Shown here: piece by piece, positions 52,713 through 64,000 of the stretch
Numbering within the stretch: position 1 is the first letter of the stretch
How the letters are laid out: every line of letters begins with the position of its first letter
Origin: an uncultured Phycisphaerales bacterium
GTDB taxonomy: Bacteria > Planctomycetota > Phycisphaerae > Tepidisphaerales > Tepidisphaeraceae
Assembly: GCA_963755915.1 (NCBI GenBank)
Contig: CAVWLP010000002.1
Coordinates: forward strand, 1,024,001-1,088,000
Direction: 5' to 3'
DNA: 64,000 bases
The notes under the pieces: model-generated
Database searches by the model: none
Told to the model about the DNA's origin: nothing
The model's input: only the letters and a program-made list of their open reading frames with translations
Program-made: the position numbers and the translations under genes

Positions 52713-52949
52713 CTACCAGACTTCCTTACCAACCGCATCACCGATGTCCCATTCTCCGTGCCGATGCTTCGGCCTGAACCGCGCCACGAGCTCAGATAAC
52801 TTGATACGCTGCCGCCGTGATTTAACCACGCGCACAGGTTCAAGGTCAATCACGCTGCCAACGTCGATATCCCGCATCTTCGCAAACTGGCTGGGAATCA
52901 GCACGGCCATGCTGCTTCCCCATTTTTTGACTTTGACGGGCGTCGCCAT
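52713..52949 (-). CDS. mazE: MazE/AbrB antitoxin
   Basis: VKKWGSSMAVLIP and C-terminal GDAVGKEVW. Confidence 0.9.
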   Translation of the reverse strand: MATPVKVKKWGSSMAVLIPSQFAKMRDIDVGSVIDLEPVRVVKSRRQRIKLSELVARFRPKHRHGEWDIGDAVGKEVW

Positions 52950-53079
52950 GTGGCCTCCAAAGAGTGATACAAAATGATATATCGTCATTCTGCGATATTC
53001 AATTGATCTGCAACTCCAGCAATGGGGGGGAGAAAGCGGCTGGCAGAATCAGCGGAAATGGTCAGAGGCGACGTTACGC

Positions 53080-54626
53080 CTACCATGTATACCTAACGGT
53101 ATAAGTCACCGTCTTCTCCCCATCCTTCGGCACATCCACCGGAAACTCAATCGTCCGAAAATCCTTCTTCTCCCAAGTATCGCTCGAAGCCGTGATCTCC
53201 CAGTTCGCCCAGCGATATAGATTCTCCCGCACGATCACATGAACCGCATCCGCCTTATGATTCCGCACCTTGATTTCGAATGATTCCGTCGACTCATGTC
53301 CGTTTGAATTGACGTTGAAATCCGTCTGCCGCCGGTCGCCGACGATGTCGAACGCGCTGCCGAGCTTCATCATCACATCCTCATCCTTCGGCGTATGCTG
53401 AACCACATCTTCGCCAATGAATTCGCTCGACCCATCCGCCTCATCGCGCTTATACGCCCGAATCCTCCCCGCCGGCAGCGGAATCCCCAACCCGTTTTTC
53501 TCGCTGTTCTTGAGGGTAAGATAAACGTCCACCTTCTTATTCGCCTGCGTCCCCAAACCAGAATCCAAATTGGGCGATCCCCCATAATTCCAGTTCCGCA
53601 TTTCCTCCCCCGCCCCGAAATAAACATAAGTCTTCGTCACCGGCACACCCAGCTTCGGATCAAAGAGTTCAATCTGCTTCGTACTGTTATTCGAAACCGA
53701 CGTCGTCCTCCCCAGCGTATAAAGGTGATATTCAAAAAACGGCTTTTCCACAAACCCCTGCTCCGTGCGCCGGCCAATCCCGCGACCGACCGCGCCATCT
53801 GAAACACCGGCCGCGGCGGCTGGATCCTCTGCACATCCCCCGCCACCAGCTTCAATCGCGCATCCGGATAACTCGCCCCGCTCTCGTTCATGATCGTCAC
53901 CCACGCCCCCAGATCCGCCGCATCCTCCGCAGCGTCGAGCGTCAGGTTGTAATCCGCCCGCCACGTCAGCGAAGAAGTCTGATACGTCACCTGCGCCAAC
54001 TGATCCTGCGCCTTATCGCTGTGAATCCTCCACACCAGCGTTGGCTTGGTAATCAGCCCCGTATCCGATTTCGCAAGCTGAATCCCCATCAAATCATTCC
54101 CGCGCGGAATCACCTGCACATCCCCGGACGCCTGCTGAATCACCAGGTTCGAATCATCAAACGAAAGCAGGTCTCCCTGAATCGTTTCAGCCCCGGTGGG
54201 GTTGCGGCGCATGATCGACACGCCCTGCCCCAGATACTTCCCCAGAATCTTATCCGCACTGACGAGGTCATATTCATAATTCTGCTCCAGCACGCTCGCC
54301 GATCCCGGCGAAGTCAGCGCCTGAAACGAAACCGTGGTCGGATCGATCTGCTGCGCCACATCCGTAAACCGCAGCGTATTATCCCCCGCCTCCAGATGAA
54401 TATTGCGATTCTCCCGCACCACCCCAAACCCCGGCAGCGGATTCTGCAAAAAGTAGTACGCATTCTGCGCCTGCTGCCGCGCATAATCCTGCGGATCGAA
54501 ACTGGCCGGATCAGCTGTACTATATATCGTCAGCGAAAACCCGCTCTGCGGCGCATCCGCGCCCGCCACCGCCGACACAGCCCCAAACACAAACGCCGCA
54601 ACAATCGCAAGTCCCGTCTTATTCAT
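53080..54626 (-). CDS. DUF4139 domain secreted protein (frameshift near 53770)
   Basis: SLTIY, EQNYEYDL, LTWRADY, FEYHLYTL, PLPAG motifs. Confidence 0.85.
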
Positions 54627-54751
54627 GGAGAACGCTCCCAATTGGATGTTTCTGGCCCCGACAATCCTTTTGGATGCGTCAGCAGCCCTGAAGTTTCACC
54701 ATTCAGAGTAAATCCTTTGTTTCCCCACAGGAAGCAGCTACAGTTAATTTA

Positions 54752-55258
54752 ATGCCCCAGTTCGTCGTTACCGCTGTTGGCCCCGATCGCCCCGGAATCG
54801 TCGGCGAGCTCACCTCCCACATCCACGCCGGGGGCGGAAACATCCTCGATTCCCGCATGGTCAACCTCCGCGGCGAATTCGCCATGCTCATCCTCCTGGA
54901 AGGGGCCCCGGCCCTGACCGCACAACTCCCACCCCTCGGCGAAAAAATCGGCCTGCGCCTCACCATCTCACACGTCCACGGCGCCAAGCCCGTGCGCGGC
55001 ACAGCCTATCGCCTCAAAACCTACGCCCTCGATCAACCCGGCATCGTCGCCCGCCTCACCCAGGTCCTGCGCGAATTCGCCGTCAACATCGAAGAGCTCA
55101 CCGCCCGCCAAGAATCCGCACCCTTCGACGGCTCCCCACTCTTCGTAACCGAGATGCGCCTCACCATCCCCGAAAACGTCCCCATCCCCAAATTACGCTC
55201 CGAGCTCCAATCCGTCGCCGCCACCCTCAATTGCGACCTCGATCTGGACCCCGCGTGA
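54752..55258 (+). CDS. Double ACT domain protein (GcvR-like)
   Basis: VGPDRPGIV and DQPGIV motifs. Confidence 0.88.
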   Translation: MPQFVVTAVGPDRPGIVGELTSHIHAGGGNILDSRMVNLRGEFAMLILLEGAPALTAQLPPLGEKIGLRLTISHVHGAKPVRGTAYRLKTYALDQPGIVARLTQVLREFAVNIEELTARQESAPFDGSPLFVTEMRLTIPENVPIPKLRSELQSVAATLNCDLDLDPA

Positions 55259-56409
55259 AACCGATCCGCTACGAGCCCCTTGCCAAAGACCCCCATACCG
55301 CCGCCCGCCTCGGCCGCGTCCACACCCCCCACGGTTCCTTCGACACTCCCGCCTTCATGCCCGTAGGCACCCAAGGCACCATCAAAGGCGTCCTCCCCGA
55401 CCAAATCCAAAAAACGGGGACGCAGCTAGTTTTGGCCAACACCTACCACCTCATGCTCCGCCCCGGCGAAAAAGCCGTCGCCGCCCTCGGCGATCTCCAC
55501 AAGTTCATGGCGTGGCCCGGACCCATCCTCACCGACAGCGGTGGATTCCAAATCTTCTCCCTCGCCGATCTCAACGAAATCTCCGACGCCGGTGTCAAAT
55601 TCAAATCCCACATCGACGGCTCCGAAGTCTTCCTCGACCCGCGGCGCAGCATCCACGTACAGAACGACCTCGGCTCCGACATCATGATGGCCCTCGACGA
55701 ATTCCCCCCCGGCGACGCCCCCCCCGAAATCCACCGCCGCGCCGTCGACAGAACCCTCCGCTGGGCAGAGCAATCCCTCGCCGCCCACCAGCGCCGCGAC
55801 CAGCAAGGCCTCTTCGGAATCGTTCAAGGCGGTATCGACGTCCAGCTCCGCCTCGACTGCGCCAAAGCCCTCTCCGCCATGGATTTCGACGGTTACGCCC
55901 TCGGCGGCCTCGCCGTCGGTGAAGGCTTCGAGGGCATGTCCCTCATCCTCCGCGAAATCACCCCCTCCCTCCCCGACGATAAACCCCGCTACCTCATGGG
56001 CGTAGGATTTCCACGCGATATTGCTATCGCCGTCGCCGCCGGCATCGATATGTTCGATTGCGTCCTCCCCACCCGCAACGGCCGCAACGCCTACGCCTTC
56101 ACCGCCGACGGCCCACTCCGCCTCCGCAACAGCAAATTCCACCGCGATCCCGCCCCCATCGAGCCCGGCTGCGACTGCTTTGCCTGCCAAAATTTCACCC
56201 GCGGCGCCATCCGCCACTTTTTTTTCGCCGCCGAGATGCTTGGCCCCATCCTACTTTCCGTGCATAATATGCGGTTCTACCAGCGGTTGATGGCGGATAT
56301 GCGCCGCTCGATCGGCGAAGGAACCTTCGCCTCCTTTATTTCGAGCGACATCCGCTGCAAGCTGGGCCCGGCCCCAGAAGCCGATCCTGCGGCCGGGCCT
56401 GAAGATTGA
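55255..56409 (+). CDS. tgt: tRNA-guanine transglycosylase
   Basis: TPAFMPVGT, NTYHL, TDSGGFQ, DMFDCVLPTR, CDCFAC motifs. Confidence 0.97.
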   Translation: MKPIRYEPLAKDPHTAARLGRVHTPHGSFDTPAFMPVGTQGTIKGVLPDQIQKTGTQLVLANTYHLMLRPGEKAVAALGDLHKFMAWPGPILTDSGGFQIFSLADLNEISDAGVKFKSHIDGSEVFLDPRRSIHVQNDLGSDIMMALDEFPPGDAPPEIHRRAVDRTLRWAEQSLAAHQRRDQQGLFGIVQGGIDVQLRLDCAKALSAMDFDGYALGGLAVGEGFEGMSLILREITPSLPDDKPRYLMGVGFPRDIAIAVAAGIDMFDCVLPTRNGRNAYAFTADGPLRLRNSKFHRDPAPIEPGCDCFACQNFTRGAIRHFFFAAEMLGPILLSVHNMRFYQRLMADMRRSIGEGTFASFISSDIRCKLGPAPEADPAAGPED

Positions 56410-56440
56410 TCGGCATCGCGGTTTTTCGAAGGAGACCTTC

Positions 56441-56800
56441 TTGAGCATCCTGCATCTGTTGTCCGACGGCGCCACCACCCAGCCCACCCAGGCCATGCCC
56501 TTCTGGGCCAACCCCCAGGACATGTTCCTGATCGTCATCTTCGGCATGCTCATGTTCTTCCTCTTCAGCTCCTCAAGAACCAAGAAGCAGGAACAAAAAC
56601 AACGCGACGAAATGCTCAAGAACATGAAACGCGGCGACCGCGTAATGACTGCCGGGGGAATCCTCGGCAGCGTCGTCGAAGTCCGCGACACCGAGGTCGT
56701 CCTCAAAGTTGACGAAAGCTCCAACACCAAGATCAAATTCACCCGCGACGCCATCAAGCGCGTCCTAACGGAGGACGAGGCCGCCGGCTCGGCCAAGTAA
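56441..56800 (+). CDS. yajC: Preprotein translocase subunit YajC
   Basis: TM helix + KRGDRVMTAGGILG; lies between tgt and secD. Confidence 0.93.
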   Translation: MSILHLLSDGATTQPTQAMPFWANPQDMFLIVIFGMLMFFLFSSSRTKKQEQKQRDEMLKNMKRGDRVMTAGGILGSVVEVRDTEVVLKVDESSNTKIKFTRDAIKRVLTEDEAAGSAK

Positions 56801-56829
56801 AATAAAAAAAAGACCGCAACCCGCTCCCA

Positions 56830-56854
56830 GTGTAGCCGGCGAGCTTGCTCGCCG
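56830..56854 (+). repeat. GTAG-footed REP hairpin
   Basis: GTGTAGCCGGCGAGCTTGCTCGCCG; related copy GTGTAGCCGCCGGGCTTGCCCGGCG at 37274-37298. Confidence 0.7.
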
Positions 56855-56912
56855 TTTCTGCCCAAAAGGAGCCCCGATAACGTAGAACTATTCCCAGCCG
56901 CACAGGAACTCC

Positions 56913-59900
56913 ATGCCAACCAATTATTCCGGAAGAGTCACGCTCACACTCACGGTGCTCATCGTAGCCCTCCTCGCGATTTTCTGGGGCCCCCCCTCGC
57001 GCCTCGTCAACCCCCATCTCTCGTTGATCCAAAAAACCGACCTCCGCCCCGGCATCGACATGGTCGGCGGCGTCAGCCTCGTCTACGCCATCCAGGCCCC
57101 CAACAATTCCGACCCCGATCTCTCCGAGCACGTCATGGAAGCGCTGAAAAAGCGCGTCGACCCGACGGGCTTGCGTAACCTCGTCTGGCGTCCCCAGGGC
57201 GCCAACCGCATCGAAATCGAAATGCCCCTCTCCCCCGAGGCCACCGAAGCCACCCCCATCAAGCAAGCTTATGAGCGGGCCACTCAACTCCTCGATTCCA
57301 CCAAGATCACCCAGGAAGCCGTCGTCAACGCCGTCGAAAATTCCACCGGCCCCCAGCGCACCAAAGCCCTGCAAGACCTCGCCTCCGACAGCCAAACCCG
57401 CGCCGATCTCTTCAAGCAGATGGTCGCCACCTTCGACCAGATCCAAACCCTCCAGAAAAATCCCGACAAGCTCTCCCCCGCCGCCCTCGCCGTAAAGCTT
57501 TATCCCCTCAAAACCGCCTACGACGATCTCAAAGCCCAGGTCGAGGACACCAATCTCCCCTCCTCCGATCTCGCCTCCATCCTCGACCAGGTCTATTCCG
57601 ACGACCCCGACCAGCAAAAAGCCGGCAAGGACAAGCTCGACCAGCTCCACAAAAAATTCGCCGACTTCCCCTCCATCCTCAGCGCGATGCAAAATTTCGA
57701 GGCGAAGTATAAGGACTTCGACTCCGTCAAAAACGCCATCACCAGCGCCGACGAACTGAAGCGCCTCCTCCAGGGCTCCGGCGTCCTCGAATTCCACATC
57801 CTCGCCGACGAAGTCACCGCCAATCCCGCCGACCTCAAAGCCATGGAAGCCCGCATGCAGCCCGGTGGCCGCGGCCCCATCCCCCAGCCCGGCGACACCA
57901 TCCAATGGATGGAAGTCGACAAACCCTCCGAATTCGAACGCCCACCCGCCCCCCCCGAATACACCGTCTGGAACGGCAAGGACTACATGCCCGTCCTCGT
58001 CACTCCCGACGCCTCCATGACCAAATCCAGCGCCGAAAAATGGGGCCTCGAAAAAGCCGGCCCCGAGCAGACCCAAAGCGGTTCCTACGAAGTCGCATTT
58101 AGCTTCGACACCACCGGCGGAAACCTCTTCGGCGACCTCACCTCCGATTGGTATAACCGCGCCAAGCAGCGAACCGACCTTCCCGATCCCCACGCCAAAC
58201 TCGCCATCGTCCTCGATAACAAGATCATCAGCGCCCCCAATCTCAACAGCCCCATCACCGGCGGCAGCGGTGTCATCGAAGGCGGTGGCGCAGGTGGCTT
58301 CACCACCAACGACCTCGATTACCTCATCAACACCCTCAACGCCGGCTCTCTCCCCGCACAGCTTTCCGATGAGCCCCTCAGCGAACAGCAGATTGGACCA
58401 ACCCTCGGCGCCGACAACCTCCACCGCGGACTCGTCGCCTGCGGATTCGGCCTTCTCGTTGTCGGGGTCTTCCTCATCAGCTACTACTACGTCGGCGGCA
58501 TGGTCGCCTTCGTCGCCGTCTGCATGAACCTCGTCATCACCCTCGGCGTGATGTCCGCCCTCAACGCAACCTTCACACTCCCCAGCATCGCCGGAATCGT
58601 CCTCTCCATCGGCACCGCCGTCGACGCCAACGTCCTTATCTTCGAACGCCTCCGCGAAGAACAGCACAAAGGCCTCCCCCTCCGCATGGCCCTCCGCAAC
58701 AGCTACGCCCAGGCACAAAGCGCCATCATCGACTCCAACATGACCAGCATCATCACCTCGCTGTGTCTATATGCTTTTGGTTCTGAAGAAGTGAAAGGTT
58801 TCGGGCTCACCCTCATCATCGGCATCGGCGCCAGCCTCTTCACCGCCCTCTACGTCACCAAAACCATTTTCGGAATCATGATCGACAAGTACGGCATGAC
58901 GCGAGCTCGGCAGCCTCCCTCTCACCTTCCCCAAGTGGGACAAGCTCCTCAAGCCCAACATCGACTGGATGGGCCTCGCCTGGATCTTCTACGCCTTCAG
59001 CTCCGTCGCGCTCATCATCGGCCTGAGCCTGTTTGTCATAAAGGTGAAAGAGGGCCGCATGATGGACATCGAATTCGCCACCGGCACCTCCCTCCAGCTC
59101 CAGCTCAATGAGCCGATGAACCAGGACGACGTGCGCACCCTCATCGAAGCCGAAAGCCAGAAAGACCCCGTCGCCCTCCCCAGCCCCAGCGTCGTCGCCG
59201 TCGGCACCGACCGCCTCAGCTACCAGATCGTCTGCCCCAACGACAACCGCGTGCAGGTCCGCAACGCCGTCCTCGACGCCATGAAGGGCAAGCTCCAGAT
59301 CACCCTCCCCTCTGATTTTGACGGCGCACTCCCAGCCCTACAACGACATCGCAACCAAACTCGCCCTCCCCATCACCGGAAAAGATTTCTCCGTCAACGG
59401 ATATACCCCTCCCGCCGCCGCCGCCCAGCCCGGTGGCGTCGTCCTCGTCCTCAAAAACATCTCTCCTCCCCTCTCCGTCGAAGAGATCACCAAGCGCCTC
59501 GACGACCAGCGCAGCTCCAGCTCTTCCGACACCATCGGAAACCTCCAATACGTCGTCCAGGCCCCCGGCGACCCGACCAAGCCAACCAATTTCGCCGTCA
59601 TCGTCGGCTGGAACTCCTCCGTCTCCTATCAAGCCGACGCCGGCAAATGGGCCGACGCTCTCGCCTCACCTCTCTGGGGCCTCGCCAAGGATGCCATCAA
59701 CCACCCCCCGTCATTCGAGCAGGAAACCAATTTCGATCCCCAGGTCGCCGGCGAAATGCAGCGCGACGCCTTCCTCGCCCTCACCTTCTCCGTCATCGCC
59801 ATCATGATTTACATCTGGGTCCGCTTCGGCAACCTCAAGTACGGCACCGCCACCGTCGTCGCCCTCCTCCACGACACCCTCTTCACCCTCGCCGCACTCG

Positions 59901-60385
59901 GTTTCGCCCACTACATCACCCAGTACTGGCCCCACAACTTCCTCGAGATCGAACCTTTCCGAATTAACCTCACCGTCGTCGCCGGAATCCTCACCATCAT
60001 GGGCTACTCCATGATCGACACCATCGTCGTCTTCGACCGCATCCGCGAAAACCGCGGCCGCTACGGCCACCTCGACCGCAAAGTCATCAACGACGCCATC
60101 AATCAGACCCTCTCCCGCACCGTCCTCACCTGCGGCACCACCATCATGACCGTCTCTTTCATGTATTTCCTTGGTGGTGCAGGCATCCACGGCTTTACTT
60201 TCGTCCTTCTCATTGGCATATTGGTGGGAACATATTCGTCGGTAGCCATTGCCGCCCCCATGCTTCTCTGGGGCAAAGAAAAAAGTTCAGGCACCGGCGT
60301 TGTGCGGCCGCCAATGGCGCCAAAGGATTCAGGATCGGGAATCGTTAGACCCGGCCTGGCACCTGCAGCCCGGGCGAGCCTCTGA
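56913..60385 (+). CDS. secDF: Fused protein translocase SecDF (frameshifts near 58905 and 59325)
   Basis: GIDMVGG, NAGSLP, VDANVLIFERLREE, DIEFATG, GYSMIDTIVVFDRIREN, GTYSS motifs. Confidence 0.93.
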
Positions 60386-60419
60386 CAATTCGATTGATTT
60401 TGGGAAAGGAGTCCCACCT

Positions 60420-61445
60420 ATGCGCAAGGATGTGAAATTCGGATTGACCATCGGGGCAATCCTCGTCGTTACCCTCGTTATCTACGTGATCGTGCTCTCC
60501 CGTGGCCCGGCTCTGCCTCCCCACATCAGCACCATCGCCGCCCAGAATCCCGCGGATCAATCCGCCGATTCCGACAACCCCATCCCCCCGGCCAATAATT
60601 CCGCCGCCGCCCCCAAGGACGGAACGGATGATCAGCAGGATGTGGCCGCCATCCCCCCGCCCGATGAGTCCACCACGACACCACCCCCGGCCGCTGTAAA
60701 CCAAAATGCCCCCGCCACCCAGCCAACACCCAATCCCCAGACCTCCGCCGCCGATTGGCAGAAGGTCCTCGATAACGGCCTCGCCCCCGGCGCCTCCTCC
60801 CCGCAGCACACCGTCACCCCCACCATCGACCCCAATGCATCGACTGCCATGAATCACCCCGGCATCGCCCCCACCCCCAACACCCCCATGATCGACCCGA
60901 TTCCGGCAACCCAGCCCTCCCGCTTCCTCATGAGCAATCTCCCCCCCATGTACGCCACCGATCCCGCCCCGGCACCAGCCCCGGCAATAACCACCCCATC
61001 CATTCCCGCGCCCACCATCGACCCCTCTCCCACCGCCTCAACCCCGCGCACCCACCGCGTCGCCGCCGGCGAATCCCCATATTCGATCTCCCAGCTCGTC
61101 TACGGCAGCGGCCGCTACTACAAAAAAATCCTCGCCGCCAATCCCAACATCGATCCCCACCGCCTGAAGATCGGCCAAATCCTTGTGATCCCCGAGCTTA
61201 GCGACACCGACCGCCCGGCCATAGTAAATCGATCCGCCGCCACACCGGTCGATTCCTCAACCTCCTACGTCGTCGTCTCCGGCGACACCCTCGAAACCAT
61301 CTCCCGCAAGCTCTACGGCGGCCCATCCATGATCGAAGACCTCTACAAGGCCAACAAAACCCTCATCGGCCCCGACGAAAACGTCCTCAAGATCGGCTGG
61401 GTCCTCAAACTCCCCGCTCCACCAACCGTTGCCGCACAGCGTTAG
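60420..61445 (+). CDS. Membrane-anchored double-LysM protein
   Basis: MRKDVKFG + TM helix, Pro-rich linker, two LysM repeats; AAGGAG RBS. Confidence 0.92.
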   Translation: MRKDVKFGLTIGAILVVTLVIYVIVLSRGPALPPHISTIAAQNPADQSADSDNPIPPANNSAAAPKDGTDDQQDVAAIPPPDESTTTPPPAAVNQNAPATQPTPNPQTSAADWQKVLDNGLAPGASSPQHTVTPTIDPNASTAMNHPGIAPTPNTPMIDPIPATQPSRFLMSNLPPMYATDPAPAPAPAITTPSIPAPTIDPSPTASTPRTHRVAAGESPYSISQLVYGSGRYYKKILAANPNIDPHRLKIGQILVIPELSDTDRPAIVNRSAATPVDSSTSYVVVSGDTLETISRKLYGGPSMIEDLYKANKTLIGPDENVLKIGWVLKLPAPPTVAAQR

Positions 61446-61688
61446 CATCCTCGTTTAGCCGCGACCAGAAGGGGAGCGCTTTCCGGCCGCCGTAACTTAG
61501 CGGCCCCTATATATGACCGATTTCAGTAAATCCCCCAATTTTCGCCTGTTTTGCGCATTTTTTTGTTGCCAGTATTCCATCTCACCGCTAATCTCTGGAC
61601 TTGTCGCCTTTCGCCTTCCGCTCGGAGCACGGCAGGCCAATCGCGAGGTCAAATTCGCATCGTCAGCATTTGCTCTGCTTGTCTCTCT

Positions 61689-61892
61689 CGGCCGAAAAGT
61701 AGTCTTTTGAAGGATTGGGCGTCTTCCGGAGTTTCTGGGGCGATCTTTTTCTCGCCGTCAGAATGGAAACCAGGGCGCCGGACGCCAGTGTCCTCCACGG
61801 ACACCGGCCAAACCGGGCAGCGGCTGATCCGCTCGGGAGGAAATGGAGAGAAGGGAAAGGATAAAGGGCGGGCTGCGGAGCCCGCCCTTTTT
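61689..61892 (+). ncRNA. Candidate structured GGA-rich sRNA
   Basis: Intergenic, with nested stems and about ten GGA motifs, ending in a strong terminator. Confidence 0.35.
61863..61892. terminator. Bidirectional Rho-independent terminator
   Basis: AAAGGGCGGGCT-GCGG-AGCCCGCCCTTTTT. Confidence 0.85.
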
Positions 61893-61901
61893 GTCTGCGC
61901 A

Positions 61902-62435
61902 CTATTTGTGCCCAAAACCCGATGGACAAATCACCGTGTAGACCACGGGATGATTCTCATCCGGAAGGGGCTCCGACTCTGTCCTCTTATCGCCATAGTA
62001 AAAGTTCCACTTTCGGGGCGGCATGTACGGTTTGTACAGCGGAACCCCCAGATACTGCGCCCCCAGTTTGAAATGCTCAACCATTAAAACATCCCCGTCC
62101 TCCCCCTCAACTGAAAAATTCCCGTCTGCACCCGTTACTCTGTCAACCCGTTTGAAGCACCCCGATCCCCTGTCCTGAATCAATGGAGGGATAAGCGGGT
62201 TGAATCTGACCTCAATTTGAACCATCACCCCGGCGACCGGCTCCCCCCGTTCGTCAACCAGCCGGCCATAAAAATCGATCTCCCCGTTTCCCCTCGAATA
62301 ATCCCACCAGCGATACACCGAATATCCCCCCACGCTCAGGAAGCCAAATGCGAACAGAATCGCCAGCCAGATTGCCCTGTGGACACCCCCCTTGATTGGC
62401 GTTGCTTTGACTTCCGTCATCGATCCTCTCGTCAT
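61902..62435 (-). CDS. Membrane-anchored hypothetical protein (carboxypeptidase-regulatory-like fold)
   Basis: TM helix, then FYGRLVDERGEPVAGV...TGADGNF. Confidence 0.7.
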   Translation of the reverse strand: MTRGSMTEVKATPIKGGVHRAIWLAILFAFGFLSVGGYSVYRWWDYSRGNGEIDFYGRLVDERGEPVAGVMVQIEVRFNPLIPPLIQDRGSGCFKRVDRVTGADGNFSVEGEDGDVLMVEHFKLGAQYLGVPLYKPYMPPRKWNFYYGDKRTESEPLPDENHPVVYTVICPSGFGHK

Positions 62436-62486
62436 GGAAATATCGGCTCCACATCACGACGGCTCCAGTGAATTGGAAGCACCTGA

Positions 62487-62757
62487 TCACGTCGGTGCGC
62501 TTCCGGTAATGCTCTGCGTTTTTCTCAATAAAGCTCCGCCACTGCTCCGGCAAATCCTCCTCCGGAAAAATGGCTTTCACCGGACATTCGTCCTGGCACA
62601 AATGGCAGTCGATACACCTCGCCGGGTCGATATAAAGCATCGGGCTCTCCGCAAATCCTGTTTCGTCCTTCGTGGGATGGATACAGTCCACGGGGCAGAC
62701 CGCCACGCAGGCGGTGTCCTTTACCCCGATGCACGGCTCAGCAATCACGTATGCCAT
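62487..62757 (-). CDS. Ferredoxin (FdxA-type); stop probably lost to an indel
   Basis: CIGVKDTACVAVCPVDCI and CIDCHLCQDECPV motifs; AAGGAG RBS. The ORF runs on to 62254. Confidence 0.9.
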
Positions 62758-62859
62758 TGAAAACTCCTTTCGGGCGATGAACCGGCGGGAGCATAGTGAT
62801 TGCAGCGACATAAATAAAATACATAATATCTTAGATAATCATAGATTTTAGTTATATCG

Positions 62860-63785
62860 ATGAACCTCAATCACCTGGCCATTTTCCACGCCGTCGCTCA
62901 GGAAAAGAGCGTCACCGCCGCCTCGCGCCGCCTGCTGATCAGCCAGCCCGCGATTTCCAAGCAGCTTCGCCAATTTGAGAAAAGTCTCGGCGTGACGCTG
63001 TTCGACCGCCAGCCGCGCGGCGTCCGCGCCACCGAGGCGGGCGACGTCCTCGCCTCCTACGCCGCACGCCTGTTTTCCGTGGCCGACGAAGCCGAGCACG
63101 CCATCAGCGAACTGCGCGGCCTGCGCCGCGGCCGCCTGCGCATGGGCGCGAGCACCACCATAGGCGTCTACCTGCTTCCGGAAATCTTTGTCCGCTTCCG
63201 CGCCGCCCATCGAGGCGTCCAGCTCGAATTGCAGATCGCCTCCAGCGCGGTTTTGGCCGAGCGATTGACCAATGGATCGCTCGACATCGCTTTCACAGAA
63301 GGCGTCCTGGCCAGCGAATTTCTCGAGTCAAAAGTGTTCATGTTCGACCATCTCGTTGCCATCGCCCCGCGAAATCATCCGCTGCGCGCAAGCGATCGGT
63401 CAGTGCCGCCGTCCTTTCCCGCCAACCTTTCGTCGTTCGCGAAACCGGCTCCGAGTCACGATCATTGGTCGAGCGTTCCCTGGCGGCGCACGGTCTGAGC
63501 CTTCGGCCGGTCATGTCTCTGGGCAGCACCGAGGCAATCAAACATGCCGTTATCTCCGGCGTCGGCATCGCGGTCGTCTCCAGCCTTGCCGTTTCCCTGG
63601 AAGTTCAGGCGAAGAAGCTCGCGATCTTGCGCATCAAGGACTTGAACATTCGCCGACCGCTTCATCGCGTCACGCTGGAAGGTTCGCATCGAAGCAATAG
63701 TCTCGAAGCATTCATTGAGATGCTGAATTTGGAGGGATCAGGGACGTCTCGACGCCAGCGATGGGATCCACTTTTTCAAAAATAA
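62860..63785 (+). CDS. LysR-family regulator (CysL-like), frameshifted near 63390-63420
   Basis: HTH SVTAASRRLLISQPAISKQL; GASTTIG; REtGSESR; GSTEAIK. Confidence 0.9.
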
Positions 63786-63902
63786 TAAAGAAAAATCCCG
63801 CCCCCGATCCAAAATAGGTACAAAACGTACACCTTTCGGACCTATATATAGGGCAATAATATACTTGACAAAACAGAGCAAATTCGCAAGATATATGGCG
63901 GC

Positions 63903-64000
63903 GTGGCGTATGCGAAACCGGCCTTTTCCCGCCGACAGTTCGACGACGCTGGAAGTGCGCTCATTGAACTTGCCAAGGACGATCCGCGACGCAATGAGGC
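63903..64000 (+). CDS. Partial ORF, possibly the N-terminus of a RelA/SpoT-domain protein
   Basis: VAYAKPAFSRRQFDDAGSALIEL...; TTGACA at 63865 upstream. Only 32 codons visible. Confidence 0.3.
   Translation, partial: MAYAKPAFSRRQFDDAGSALIELAKDDPRRNE

Noticed and set aside
49100-52988. Composite transposon carrying mazEF
   Set aside because: Each IS4 has its own TSD and mazEF lies outside both elements.
56754-58718. Long antisense ORFs (this one, 41534..42871, 1330..2382 and others)
   Set aside because: Shadow ORFs expected from high GC and codon bias opposite well-supported genes.

Overview
Chromosomal window of a high-GC bacterium. Gene content and style suggest Planctomycetota/Phycisphaerae, which is an inference. 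Many single-base frameshifts in conserved genes point to a long-read or MAG assembly. Housekeeping content: nuoD/E/F with small genes interspersed, parB between two parS palindromes, a TrxB/FNR-type reductase, ppk1 plus a CHAD gene, a SWIM-SNF2 helicase, ruvC-ruvA-(M50 protease)-ruvB, uvrA, rpsR, der, an ABC transporter, leuC, an S1-domain protein, tgt-yajC-secDF, two LysM proteins, a ferredoxin, a LysR regulator and mazEF. There are four complete insertion sequences (IS481, IS110/IS1111, two IS4), each sitting in an intergenic motif that also occurs empty elsewhere in the window. The strongest signal is the IS1111-type element at 28363-29837. It has split one copy of an uncharacterised ~110-bp repeat at an ATA core. 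A bridge/seekRNA-like hairpin overlapping the end of its recombinase gene carries loop strands that match both sides of that target, and it explains why the two other repeat copies are empty. Other signals are a modular REP hosting IS481, phased AT-rich repeats hit by two IS4 elements, a 32-bp direct-repeat-bounded islet, a GTAGGGG motif cluster next to parS, strong C-over-G strand skew, and a GGA-rich candidate sRNA.
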